Positions 52,851-64,000 of a stretch of DNA of 64,000 nucleotides are shown one piece after another; positions within the stretch are counted from its first letter, which is position 1; each line of letters begins with the position of its first letter. A model generated the notes under the pieces. That model was not told the DNA's origin. It saw only the letters and a program-made list of their open reading frames with translations, and searched no databases. This DNA is from Takakia lepidozioides. Its lineage: Eukaryota > Plantae > Bryophyta. The position numbers were made by a program, and so were the translations under genes. Location of the stretch: contig CM060734.1 of assembly GCA_030704615.1 (NCBI GenBank), positions 10,850,001 to 10,914,000 on the forward strand, in the 5' to 3' direction.

Positions 52851-53942
52851 ACCTTAATTACCCATCCACTATACCACCTTCCCCTTAATTACTAATCTTC
52901 ATTGTGCCCATTGTCAATATCGCAGCAATCGGTTGGATCCTTGGCAACTGTGCTCTTCATATAACCTTGGCACTTGCATACCTACAGGGACATCCTACCC
53001 GCGGTTATGGGTGCCATCCGCGGAATTGCGTACAGTACATTTTGCAAAATCCTGGGCAGGCACCGCTCACGTGAGCATAGGCTCACCGCTCATGATCTAG
53101 CATCCCTCCGCTCGTGGTTACCGTTCAATGTTACCAGTCGTCGGATTCTCCGTTTCGGGCAACCGTTCAGGCCTTATGGCAGCCTTCGGGCTTACAAAGG
53201 TTTTAATTTTTCTCCCTTCAATAATTCGAATAAAGTTAATATGGGCTTCATCCCCTTTCACCTAAATAAATTTATTTAAAAAAAAAACAACACACATGTT
53301 CTTGGGCCATCATAGAAACATAAATAGAGTCAAAATTTATTGATACTAGCTATGCTATACACGTTCACTCGCATCATATACACAAGTGCTCTCCAAATCG
53401 TGCGAGATGGTCACCCATCACACGGCTCTCCAACTTGAGTTACCCTAGGTTTTGGATCCCCAGGCCGAGGGCGCAGCGTCACAATGGTTGAGTTTACGCC
53501 TTCACAATTACTTCCATCCAAGAGCTTATGGGTGACAAAGGTTTGTGACAAAGGTTTGGTTTGAAGAAAGCGCCTGCCTGGTTTATGTGCCAGTGAACGA
53601 ATAGGCGACGAACCAAATATGAAAGGACTTCCTTCATTCCTTGGAAGTCGTACATTCCGACTTAATCTCCGAATGGTATGGAGTAGACTGGCCAAACAAT
53701 ATATATATATTTCCCCCTACAGGTTTTGACTAGCCTTCTCCGCACCACTCAAGTGTGCGACGTCAGTTCACCGATTTAGGCCCTTTCCCTCTCTGCCTCA
53801 TAGCGGCACTCTCCATTAACACGGTTCTCGAAGCGAAGGATAGGGGGAAAAGAAAAGAAAAGAAAAAAGACGCTTTTCTTTTTTCGAAATCAATGGGAAT
53901 TTCTAAAAATCTTTACTGATTGGAATAAGTTTGAGTCAAGAA

Positions 53943-55308
53943 TAACCACAGCGGTCCACGGCTTGGACCGCTACGCGTGGATCTGCGCCACGCCACGTGG
54001 CGGGGGAGTTTTACCCAACGGGCAATGCGTTTGCAAATTCCCTTAAAGGGGGGTATTCTTACCTTTAGCTATTAGATTCAATTTATACCTCTAAGGGTTA
54101 GGAGCCATTATCTAAGGCGCCAATGGTAGATAAAATCTAGGATTTTGGGAGTACGTAGCCTTGGAGGGGAGCGTTCTTAGGACTCCAAGAGAGAGCCAAG
54201 CGGGCCTGGGAGCAGTGAGCTAGAGGCGGAGACCTCGAGAGACAAGGGAGGAGAGAAAGTACTTTGTCCTAAATACTCGGCTACAGTGAGCCTTTGTGTT
54301 AGAGCCCAAGGTAGAGGATGACTTTTCCCACTGAGGGAAAGTGCATCAGCGCCTTAAAATAATGTAAGGGAGGTGAAATCTGGCTTGGACCCACCATTGG
54401 TTATTTTATTATTTACGCATACATGTTATGGACTAACGAATGTAGTGGCAGGGATGAGTTCTCAGCGAGATTCATTCATCGGATAGAGCCGCGGCAGTTC
54501 CCCGCGGCAGGGAACGGTTCCCAGGTGTTCCTTACTTCTCACTGGGTTCTCACAGGGTTCCCAAGGGCATCTTTAGGCGCCAAGGGTATCTTTGGATTCC
54601 CCACACGATTTCCCATAGGGGAGGTATTTTTTCTGATTTTCTTAATTTCTTTTATTTTCCAGCATTTCTGATTTGCGAAATTGCTTAAATAGGATAGATG
54701 CACGTGGTACTCGTTATAGCCTGCAGGGCGTTGATTAAACCGATTGAACTTGTTGAGTTGAGGGGCTTAGAACCACCTTATTGAACTTGGTGAACCTATT
54801 GGATGACGATAGGCATTTTGGTCACTCCTTTGCTAACACAAAGTATTTAGGCACTGGGGTAGAAAGCGTTGGCCCTTCCATTAGAGGTGACTTGAACTCA
54901 AGCCCTCGACGAAGGAGGGGCATTGGGAGAGGAAGATTTTTCCTCTTCTTCATAGGCTCGGCAGGTGCCTTGTGAAGGGATTAAAACATGTCCCGGCTAT
55001 AGGCGGCTCGGGGGCCTAGGCAGTAGGAATTAGACAATAAAACACAAAGACTTGGAAGGCAGTTACTGAGTAGATTGTAGGATACCATAGGACTTAGAAA
55101 CGCAAACTCGTCCTATGAAGAGGAGGACGTGATTTATCTTTGCCGGTAGGACTTAGATAGTGATCATAGCCACCATGTACGACCACGGACCCCCTGCACT
55201 AACCGCAGTCGGGTAGGCGGTTCAGTGAGCCCAACCTACACCGCAACTTACCACGACCCCCTAGACTACTATGCCGTCACCCTGACCACGCGCGCTCAGG
55301 GCTCGTCA
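53943..55308 (+). repeat. LTR-like repeat W, copy 2 (left end divergent)
   Basis: Ends with the same ctcagggctcgtca as copy 1 and truncates the adjacent gag. Confidence 0.75.
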
Positions 55309-58300
55309 GGCTTCACTTGAGCCCCCTTGTTGCCTTGAACACGTTGGGGGTAGTGGTTGTTGTTGGCTAGGAGCCCCACTTCGTTGTGTTTCCTTGCCAA
55401 ACCCCACCATAACCACTTGCTCCTCCACCATATTGAGCTCTATCCACTCTGCCAGCAAAAACACATTTGCTAAAACACATTTACAACTCTCTTGTAGGAG
55501 AGTTGCATCCCGCACCCTTCTCCTCAGCTCCTTGTCCAATATCCCATACCAGAATTGGACTGCCTAAGCTTCCGTAATCCCTTGGGTTACATTTATTAAG
55601 CGCCTCATGCGTGTGTAAGCCTCCCTCAAACTCTCAGTAGGCCTCCGTTAGAACTCTTGCAAGCTCCGCAACTTCTCTGTCCTTATCCCCTGGTAGTTTC
55701 TCCTCAACTCCTCAAAGAATTCCACAACTGGGTTCAAGGCAGGCACGGGTGATGGTGCTGCAGCAGGAGCTTGAGTGGATTTCCCAGCTCCTGTATCACT
55801 TGTCCCACTATTAGTGCTTGCAGTTGGAGATGTTGGTGTAGCTGCTGGTGTCGCCACTGCCCTTGTGCCTCTAGTGATGGAGACATAGTCAGGTGACCAA
55901 TACTCTCGCCATTCCTCAATTTCCACCTCATGTCCCCGCCTAAACTTATGGTAGTCATCCATGGGAGGCCCCTCAAGGTGCTGAAACAGCCCCTTCCACA
56001 CCATAATGGGCGTAAACAGCTGTGGATTGCGCATCTGCTGCAAGTCACAATCACACTGTCAAACTCCAGTATGAAATCGTCAAGCTCGATGGTGCCCACA
56101 GCTCCAGAGTACCTCCGAGGCCCCTTGGTAGCTCCATACATCTCCTCCATCGTATCCCACAACAATGGCACGGAAATAGCTTGTACATGCGGCGTGGAGC
56201 CCTCAGAGTCTGAATCAGAACCTTCCTCAGAAGACACAGAAGAAGAAGGTGGCCTAAACCGTACACCTCGTCTCGTGTACCCACTCGTATCGCTAGTGCT
56301 TGTACTGGCACTTCCCTCAGCAACTAGTGGCACCTCCATGATGAAAACTTACAACCACACCAGTTGTAAACCTGTCTCTAATCTCCCTTTCCACAAGGTA
56401 ACCGGGTAGAGATCTTGTTGCAGCTTATGACTTAGACTACTAGGTTCATAACATAACTTGCACCTGTACCTGCACCTGCATCCACTGCAAGCACTCATAT
56501 GGTCTACTGGTCATCAACCCAGCCTCACCATAAGAGAATAATGATGGTCTGACTAGTCATCACCCCAGCCTCACCACCGACAGCACGCTCTAGGATTGAC
56601 CGGTGATCAAATCCAAACCAACCTCCTATGAAAACAAGCGCCCACACAAAACTAACATGGCGCACAGTCAAACATGCAGGTGTGGAGGGGATCCAAGCAC
56701 AAGAAAATCAAAACAGTAACTCCCCCACACCAAAAATACTCCACACTGACGCTCCTGCAAGACACCCCAGCCCAAACCCGGACTGACTCTTGCCTCCACC
56801 TACGGAAAGGTTTTGGCCTACAGAGAGGGTGGAAGACTACAAAGAAGAGAGACTAAAGCAATTCTTATCACAACATGCTCTCATCCCACTACCCTATCTC
56901 CATGCTCTTTTACTTAAGCAATAGACAAGACCTTTCAAGGATCTCTCAAATAACTATCTAAGAGCCCTCAAGATGTTCCTCAAACAATCTCACTAAGGCT
57001 CCCAAAGCTTGCACAATGGTACTCCAAACAGTACACCAAGGCCTCAAGAGCTTGCCAAATCTCGGCCTTCAAGGACCCCAAATAGTTCGCCAAAGACTCC
57101 TCAAGCTCGCCAAATATCGGCCTCCAAGGACCCCAAACAGCCCTCCAAACAGCCTTCCAAAGGCTCCAAAAACTTGCCAAATATTGGCCTTCAAAAACCC
57201 CAAATGGTCCTCCACATAGCCTTCCAAAGGCTCCAAAAACTTGCCAAAACTTGGCCTTCAAGGACCGCAAATAGTCCTCCAAATAGTCATCCAAATACCT
57301 CTTCAAGAGCTCTTCAAAGTGCCTTACAAAAGCTCCTCAGAGTGTCTTCCAAAAGCTCCTCAAAGGACCCCAAAGATCCCCCAAACAATCCTCCAAAAGG
57401 CCCTTGAAAATCCTCCAAAAGCCCTATATTGTCTTATATGTCACTATATTCCCAGCCTATAGTGATTGTTCCCACACTACAGTGACGGTTCCCAGACTAC
57501 GGTAACCATTCCCACACTTTGGTGACCGTTCCTACACTACAGTGACGGTTCCCACACTTTGGTGACTATTCCCATGAACCTAGGGTTGCATGTGCATCTC
57601 ATGCTAGGGTTTGTGCATCCCAAGCTAGGGTTTGTGCTTCCTTGAGCTTCATGCTTGATCTCCTCAAGCATCCATGACTTCTATGAGATACCAAAGCAAA
57701 CTACTTTGATCTTCTTCACCTCAAGCCACAACCAAGCTTGGTTCCATCTCACCTAGCAATGCATTTTCCAAACAACAAGCTTCACTTCTCTTTGGAGCTC
57801 AAGAATCAAGCTTTTTATCTCATTTGACAAGCAACCAAGTCTTGCACTCATTCATGTGCTCTTCTTTGGCCATCCACACACATGCTCCATTCTTGGCTTC
57901 TATGTGTTGCTTCTCCAAGCATCAATACATCTCCATCTCATGCAAAGAAGAAGATTCAAGTCCCTTCACTTGCTAGCTCAAGAGTCGTGCTCTCCTCAAG
58001 CTTAAGGTTGAAACCCCAACTCAAACATGTGCTCTACAAGTGCTTTTCCTTCACCTAAGTGGAAACCAGCCCTTTTCCTTTCTTCTTGCTCTCCAAGGCT
58101 TGAAAATAGAAGCCTCAATGGGCTGAAAACATGCTCCACATAAGCATCACCTCATACATAAAGGAATGAACTTGTTCCCTTCACCTTCTAGCTCTCCTCA
58201 AGCTTGAAGTTGGAAGCCGCACTTGGAAAGCATGCTCCACACATGCCACTTGCTTGGTCAACCACTTGCTTCACCAAGAGCAATCCAAGAACTCATAGAA

Positions 58301-59350
58301 CTAGCAAAAGCACTCCCTTCTAGCGTCTTAGCTTGCTTGTTTGTCAACCAAATGAAACCCCACTTGGCTTCATTTCACCGTGGATAAAACATCCACTTCT
58401 TAGCTTCTCTTGAGCTACTCAATGCTCCTCAAGCTATCTTTGTTGTACTCATTCTATGGTGTTTCTAACCCAAGCATGTGCCGCTCTTTGGCTTCTCTTT
58501 CACACCATGAACAACTAGAGCTTGCTCTTGAAACCCTAGTGTTTATCTTCTCCACACACAAGACGCTTCTCTTGTGATGCAAGAGCTCTTTTCCAAGCTC
58601 TCAAACCCTTGGTGCACAATAATGCTTCTACAAATCCTCAATGCATTCTTTTCACCATAGAAGCCACTTCCTTGGCAAATGGTTGTCACAACACTTGAGA
58701 TACAAGAGATGACGCTCCTTCTTCTAAAACTTTCAAACCTTTTGCTCCACACACACACGACTTTCTCCCTGCAATACTTGCAAAGTCTTGTAACTCAAGA
58801 GCTCTCTCCTTGAGCTCTCCACCTCCTTGATGCAATGCAAACACACTCTCCCTTGCAACACCTTGCAAGCCTTGTGAGATACTTGAGCTTTTCCTAGCTC
58901 TCTCACTCCTTGGTGTACACCCACACAAGTGCTAAGCTAATCCTTACACTCCGCACTCACAAGCATAAGCTCATCTTCTTATAGTGATAATGAAAGTGAA
59001 CATAATGGAAACACACCACTCATGAACCACTCAATCACATAAACTAAGTCAAGCCAAGGGCACCCTTGCTAAGGGAATCCACCCTACAAAGCCCTCACCA
59101 CACTCCCGCTCAATACCTAGAGCTATGGAAGTGAGAGAGGCTCATGGAGGCTCAACTACAAGAAGATGAGCCTCCTCCATCCTCACAAGGGGAAAACCTA
59201 TCTCCATGTCCCAAGTGAGGCTCGACACCTCACTTGGCATGTGAGACCAAATGAAGTCCCAACACATAAAATATAAATATAAATATCTAAAATGTCCTAG
59301 TTAACTAAAAGTAGGTAATTCTAGATAACGGCATGACTAAAACCATGACA
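55309..59350 (-). mobile_element. Ty3/Gypsy 5' part: long LTR/leader (TG start at 59350) and degenerate gag (56339-55309)
   Basis: gag-like YSGAVGTIELDDFILEFDS..LFQHLEG..FFEELRRNYQG..ESLREAYTRMRRL. TGTCATGG terminus interrupts the ParB-like ORF. 20-bp tandem repeats at 57460-57572. Confidence 0.75.
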
Positions 59351-60900
59351 CATCTTTCCCATGAAAACTTTGGTGGAAGCTTTTACGACAGTTTGGCCTC
59401 GAAGTCCCTCTTCACTTCCTGCCAGCATGCATCCCAACTTTGCTCTATGTCCTCTGTTACAAGGCACTCCTCTCCTTTCGTGTTGGTTGTGGATACATAG
59501 AACACCGCAGATCCCTTTACTTACCTATGCACAAAATCATTCTTCAATTTTGTGATGTCGTTTCTCAGTGCGGGTCGGATAGCGGGCATTGAAATCATTC
59601 TGCATAGTGGGATATGGAGGTTTCCTCCAGCAACCTCCATTGACAGAATTACCTTCGAAGAGTTCACCTTCTGGCCCCCGATAACCGCCTCGGCCTTGTC
59701 GGCATAGTGGTCCTCATAGGCTTCCTCTTCATCTTCACCTTGTGCCTCAGCTCCCTCTCCAGCCACACCTTTCATTTTTCTTTTTCTCTGCACAAAAACG
59801 CGATCCTGGTGAGTAAAGATGACGAAGGGGAATCCCTGCCCAAACAGACAATGGAGGCTCTCACAAATCAAACCTTGCGTTGACGCAAGGTTGATCCATG
59901 GGCCTGCATCCAGGTCTCTTCTAGCCTTTGCTCCATTACAGCAAAGCAGGGTTTCGTATGTTGTGCATGTACATGTCAGTTCCCCAAATCAACCTCGCGT
60001 TGACGCAAGCCTGTTGATTTGTGGGCTGGCAGGGTAGGAAGAGATTACATCAGGCAGACATTGGATCAATCCCCAAATCAACCTTGTATTAGCGCAAGGT
60101 CGATCCATTGGCGCATCTATGTTGTCGAGCCTTCCCTCCAATGCAGCAAAGCAGGGTTTCGTGTGCTTTACAGGTACCTTACAGGTTTCCCAAATCTACC
60201 TCGCATTGACGCAACATTGTTTTGGGGGCTGCACTACTCCTACTCTGGCGCAAACCTCCATGCACTGCTACCTCTACGACCTCTTCCATGCATTCCCATC
60301 AGCTCGAAATCAACCTCGCGTTGACGCAAGGTTGATTTCGAGCTTTCACTTTAGCATTCCCCTCACTGAAAATGCAGAAGGCAGAAGGAGCAATGACACT
60401 CACCTCTGGTTTATTCTTCGCAGCGCTTGATGATGCTTCTCCTGCGTTCGTCTTGTCCATAGGTTCGCCTGGCAGTAGAGGTCCAACCAGATCAAATCCA
60501 TACCCCAGCGCGTCTCCGTCCTCCTCCCTTTCCTGGTCTTGCATGCCCAGATTCTCCTATCTCTGAACGTCAACGCGAGCCCAACCGTCGTCGTCGTCGT
60601 CCCCGCCCTCTATGGCTGGTTGCTCGTCGGTCTCCTCCTGCACCGCTGCAAGACCTTCCTCTCGAAACTGGCGTAGAAGGTTCGGTTGCACCTCCTCCTC
60701 CTCCTCTCCCTCGTTGGTGTCATCGCCCATCTTCAGTTCCCGTCTAAGCTTCTTCATTCTCTCCTTGGCTCGTACCCTCTGCTTAGTAGATGTGAAGTAT
60801 GGCGTTCGGCGGCGCCTTCTTCTCCCTCGAGATGGCGTGACCGTCTCGGCAGGATCCAGGATTGCTATGAGCAGAAAACGTGGAGGGGGAAAGTGACACT
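59351..60900 (-). pseudogene. ParB/Srx-like domain gene fragment with acidic N-terminal exons, interrupted by an LTR
   Basis: LHIPLCRMISMPAIRPALRNDITKLKNDFVHR*VKGSAVFYVS...WD..W...FE..L...FMGKM. It breaks where a DGxHR motif would be expected. GT-AG-like intron boundaries upstream. Confidence 0.5.
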
Positions 60901-61273
60901 AGGTGGGGTTCACCGCCACCCCATCCTCACCAAGATGCTTGCTGCATGGCTCGGCCATGCCTGCTGTGTGGAGCATTTGCATGATCGACACGTCGCAGTA
61001 AATGGTTCAGAATAGCACCAAAGAACATTTAGATGAAATAACATTTGTACTTGCGGAATTCATCCACGTCCACTTTTCATCCAAACTTTTCATGTGGAAA
61101 ATCCAGTTATAGAATGTGTAAACGGCTGTACAGCTGGTCTGATAAAGAAGCCGTTAAACATTAAATGTCCATCTGGACTTAGGATGCCCTGTCTGACAAA
61201 AGATTTATGTGACGGTGAAATGATTGAACTTTTTCGTTGTGGCTTTGCGGGGGTCGTTATCGGGAGGACAAGT

Positions 61274-61962
61274 GGGCAGTTGCAGCCTACGGTGGACCAA
61301 AAATGCTGTCACAACACTGTTTTTTTGGGACCTTGATTAGTTGTAAATTATCATACTCCTAAATGGAATTGTTGATAGTAAAAAGGGACTAAGCTATGAA
61401 GGCTCAACTACATATATTTCCCTTATTCCAAGTCTCATAACCAAAAAAACAAATGGTTAGAAATTATGGACTTTTGAACAAGTCCATAAGGATTTGTTAT
61501 AGTCCATATTAAAGGCCGTTATGGATTTTTTTTAAAGCATGATTCATAGAAAATTAGAAAAAAAGACTTGCCCAAATGTGCTTTGAGGGATAAAGAATCT
61601 CGAATGAAAACATCCAAAAATATTAAGTCAAATTAACTTTATGTACTATTTTGAGCCTTCAAAATAACTATTTTCGTAAAGTCCTTTACATATAGAATTC
61701 TTTGAAATATCAACACTACCTCATTAAATACATAGACCAAGGGTAGATCCCTGGGGTGGATCAAGGTCAAATTTGAAAAAAAACTATCGTGATCCGAAAC
61801 TATCGCGATTTGAAAATAAAGTCTTTAATGGTTAATAATAGACGGTTGAGATCGTAAATTGAAGTGAATCCAAATGGTTGAGGATTCGCCACATCCCCCT
61901 TTATGTACTTTTAGGGACTCATGGTGTGTCTCATTTTGGTCCACCGTAGGCTGCAACTACCT
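61274..61962. mobile_element. MITE, 689 bp, ~30-bp TIRs, 4-bp TSD AAGT
   Basis: gggcagttgcagcctacggtggaccaaaa ... ttttggtccaccgtaggctgcaactacct; aagt at 61270-61273 and 61963-61966; AT-rich interior. Confidence 0.85.
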
Positions 61963-62965
61963 AAGTGTGGAAATTCAAGTGGACTGTCGCGCACCTCACT
62001 TCGGTAAGCTCCCCCCCCTCAAGTCATAGTTACTCGCTTGATGCGCGCGCCTAACTCCCAACCTGGCCGCCGGGCCAACTTGGAGCTTCGGCTGCTCACC
62101 GGGACATAACGGTCCCCCCTTGATCTCCCAAAGAACCCTCCAACGATTTAGAACCAGCGGAATTCCCTTTGGTAGTTGGCAGTCCGGAACAGCCTCCCAC
62201 TCTTTGGTCGCTTTCCGGCTCGCTCGCTTACTCACTAGCTTTTGGTCACCAACGGGCTTGCACCGTTCTGGGGGTTACTACTCCCTATATATACTTCTGT
62301 AGCTGTCCGCGAGGGTTTCACAAACAACCATGCCATTTTATGGCGAACCACCACGAACACCCTCGACTCCCGGTGATGAGTCGCGGTGAGTCTTGGCCCA
62401 CCCACCACGGCCCCTATGGACCGTGATGAGTCCCAAGACTCCCCACGACTCCCACCACGAGGTCTCCGCCCCAGGGTGAGTCCTATGCCACCCCCACTAA
62501 GTCCCGCTAAGCTACCACCACCCCTTGTGGAGCCACCCCCACCGCAACCCGGTGTGCGGGGCTCCACCTAGTGAGCGCCTCCGCCTCCTTGAGTGCCTTG
62601 GGCATTCAAGGGTGCTTCGGCCCCCCATACCTATCGCTGCACCCCCCCACCACAGGGGCAGCCCCTCTTGTGTCCCGACCCCCTGCCCTCAAGGCAAAGG
62701 GCCGCGACATGGACTGTGAGTTCAACAAGATAGCGTGGCTGTCAGCCGCCATTCCTCATTTGGGCATTCAATGGGCATGCATTGGTTCTCCTGTCTATCC
62801 AGCCGTAGAACGTTTCTTTTCGCATTGAAAGTCCATTTCTTCCAAACCAACTGCTGCAATTATGTGCAAATACGTCTTACATCCACCTGGAAAGCAACAC
62901 CCCACTAGACTTTGCACTCAGGACTCTGCACTCTAAAGCAACATTGACAGAGGACCTCCCATGGC

Positions 62966-64000
62966 ATGGGCTCCCTGGATGCAGAGTTCTTCACCGAGGA
63001 TCACCCAGTGCCTTTTTCGTACGAAGTGGATGATGATGGTTTTGCTGTTGTGCAGGAACAGGTGCTCGCAACGCAGTTTCGACTGGATCAGAATGGCACT
63101 CTTTTCCTGGAGAGAGAAATGTACGATGTCGACGGAAATTTACTCAAATACGAGTTCAAAAAACCCACAGAGATAGCACAAAAACAGTGGAGAGTGCCTC
63201 CAGGCCGATATAGGGTACTGAGTGCTCCTCGTCGACAGTATGCAGGATCATTTCTCACTCCTGGAACTGCAGCTTCAGTGGCCCAGGAGAAAACTCATGT
63301 GGTTGTTAAAAAGGAATCAACAACCGTTAACATAGTCGTGGAGCTTTCCGACTCCTCCGAGGAGGACGCATGTGAAATTCCACCTGTGGATCAGCCATCT
63401 CCTGTTGTGGAAGCGGATGTAGAGGAGATCTCCAGTGTCATTCCCAAGCTGAAGGCCATGGGTGGAATGGCAAGATTCAAGAGTGAGTTGAGGGGGATTG
63501 ACTGGAGCACTTTCAGTGTTGAGCGTGTAAAGTTCCTGCCATAATCATTTGATGGTAATATTTTTTCTTAGCTGCCCCCACCTGGGCAGGTGGAGGCATT
63601 TCCAGTCTGATACAAGGAATGGACAAAAAACACGATGGGCACCCCTGGTGTCGAACAAAAACCTCCAATATTCACAACCATGACAACCTCATATTCAGGA
63701 GAACAGTCTGTAATGGGCACCTCAGATGCGAGGACATGAAATGCAGACATTTTGCACTGTTAGGTGTTCAAAACCAAAGCGAATGGGATGATGTCTCTGA
63801 GAATCCCTTCAAGCCTGGGATCACGCCACCATACAACAACACTTTTGTGTGCAAGTTCTGTAAGCTCGCACCTTCATGTCTTGCATTGTGTGGTGCAAGA
63901 ATGTACTATGTGGTGCACCGATTCAAAACCGTGACTAGAGCCTGTGTCCATTTTGGTTTTCACAATCACCCTCTGTCCAAGGGGGATTACAAGGAAAGCG
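62966..64000 (+). pseudogene. Second MULE-type transposase N-terminus with GCM/WRKY-like Zn domain (runs off the window)
   Basis: VKFLP*SFDGNIFF; MDKKHDGHPWC; CNGHLRC..C; CKFCK..C..CGARMYYV..TRACVHFGFHNHP. Clearly homologous to 25732-26200. Confidence 0.8.

Larger units (their letters stand above)
46599..53108. mobile_element. Putative non-autonomous TIR element related to element X (pairing of ends uncertain)
   Basis: Left ..gctaccacatgagc..gtgagcgtacgctcac; right reverse complement gagggatgctagatcatgagcggtgagcctatgctcac. No TSD detected. Confidence 0.4.

Noticed and set aside
62370-62445. Hammerhead-like GTGATGAGTC motifs
   Set aside because: Lacks the CUGAnGA and GAAA core.

Overview
Land-plant nuclear DNA with GT-AG introns, probably from a bryophyte or other seed-free lineage (inference). 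It holds one intact host gene, a peroxisomal polyamine oxidase (PAO2/3/4 type, minus strand, 10 resolvable coding exons, C-terminal SRM), with a candidate 63-aa uORF. The rest is mostly nested transposons. A Ty3/Gypsy element is split by a 20.75-kb CACTA element (TTG TSD), which contains a 7-kb TIR element and an unclassified 2.4-kb repeat. A truncated L1 LINE, further LTRs, a Gypsy gag, a SINE and MITEs also occur. The standout is the 7-kb TIR element (23737-30788). It carries a Mutator-like DDE transposase with a GCM/WRKY-like Zn domain, transcribed divergently from an intron-containing beta-class DNA amino-methyltransferase (N4C/N6A-type) gene, with an array of 96-bp hairpin repeats between them. 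A related element at the window end pairs the same transposase with a ParB/Srx-like gene, and the CACTA element carries a SET-domain gene. Almost all TE ORFs here are frameshifted, so activity cannot be inferred from this window. All protein family calls rest on motif recognition by eye; no database search was run.
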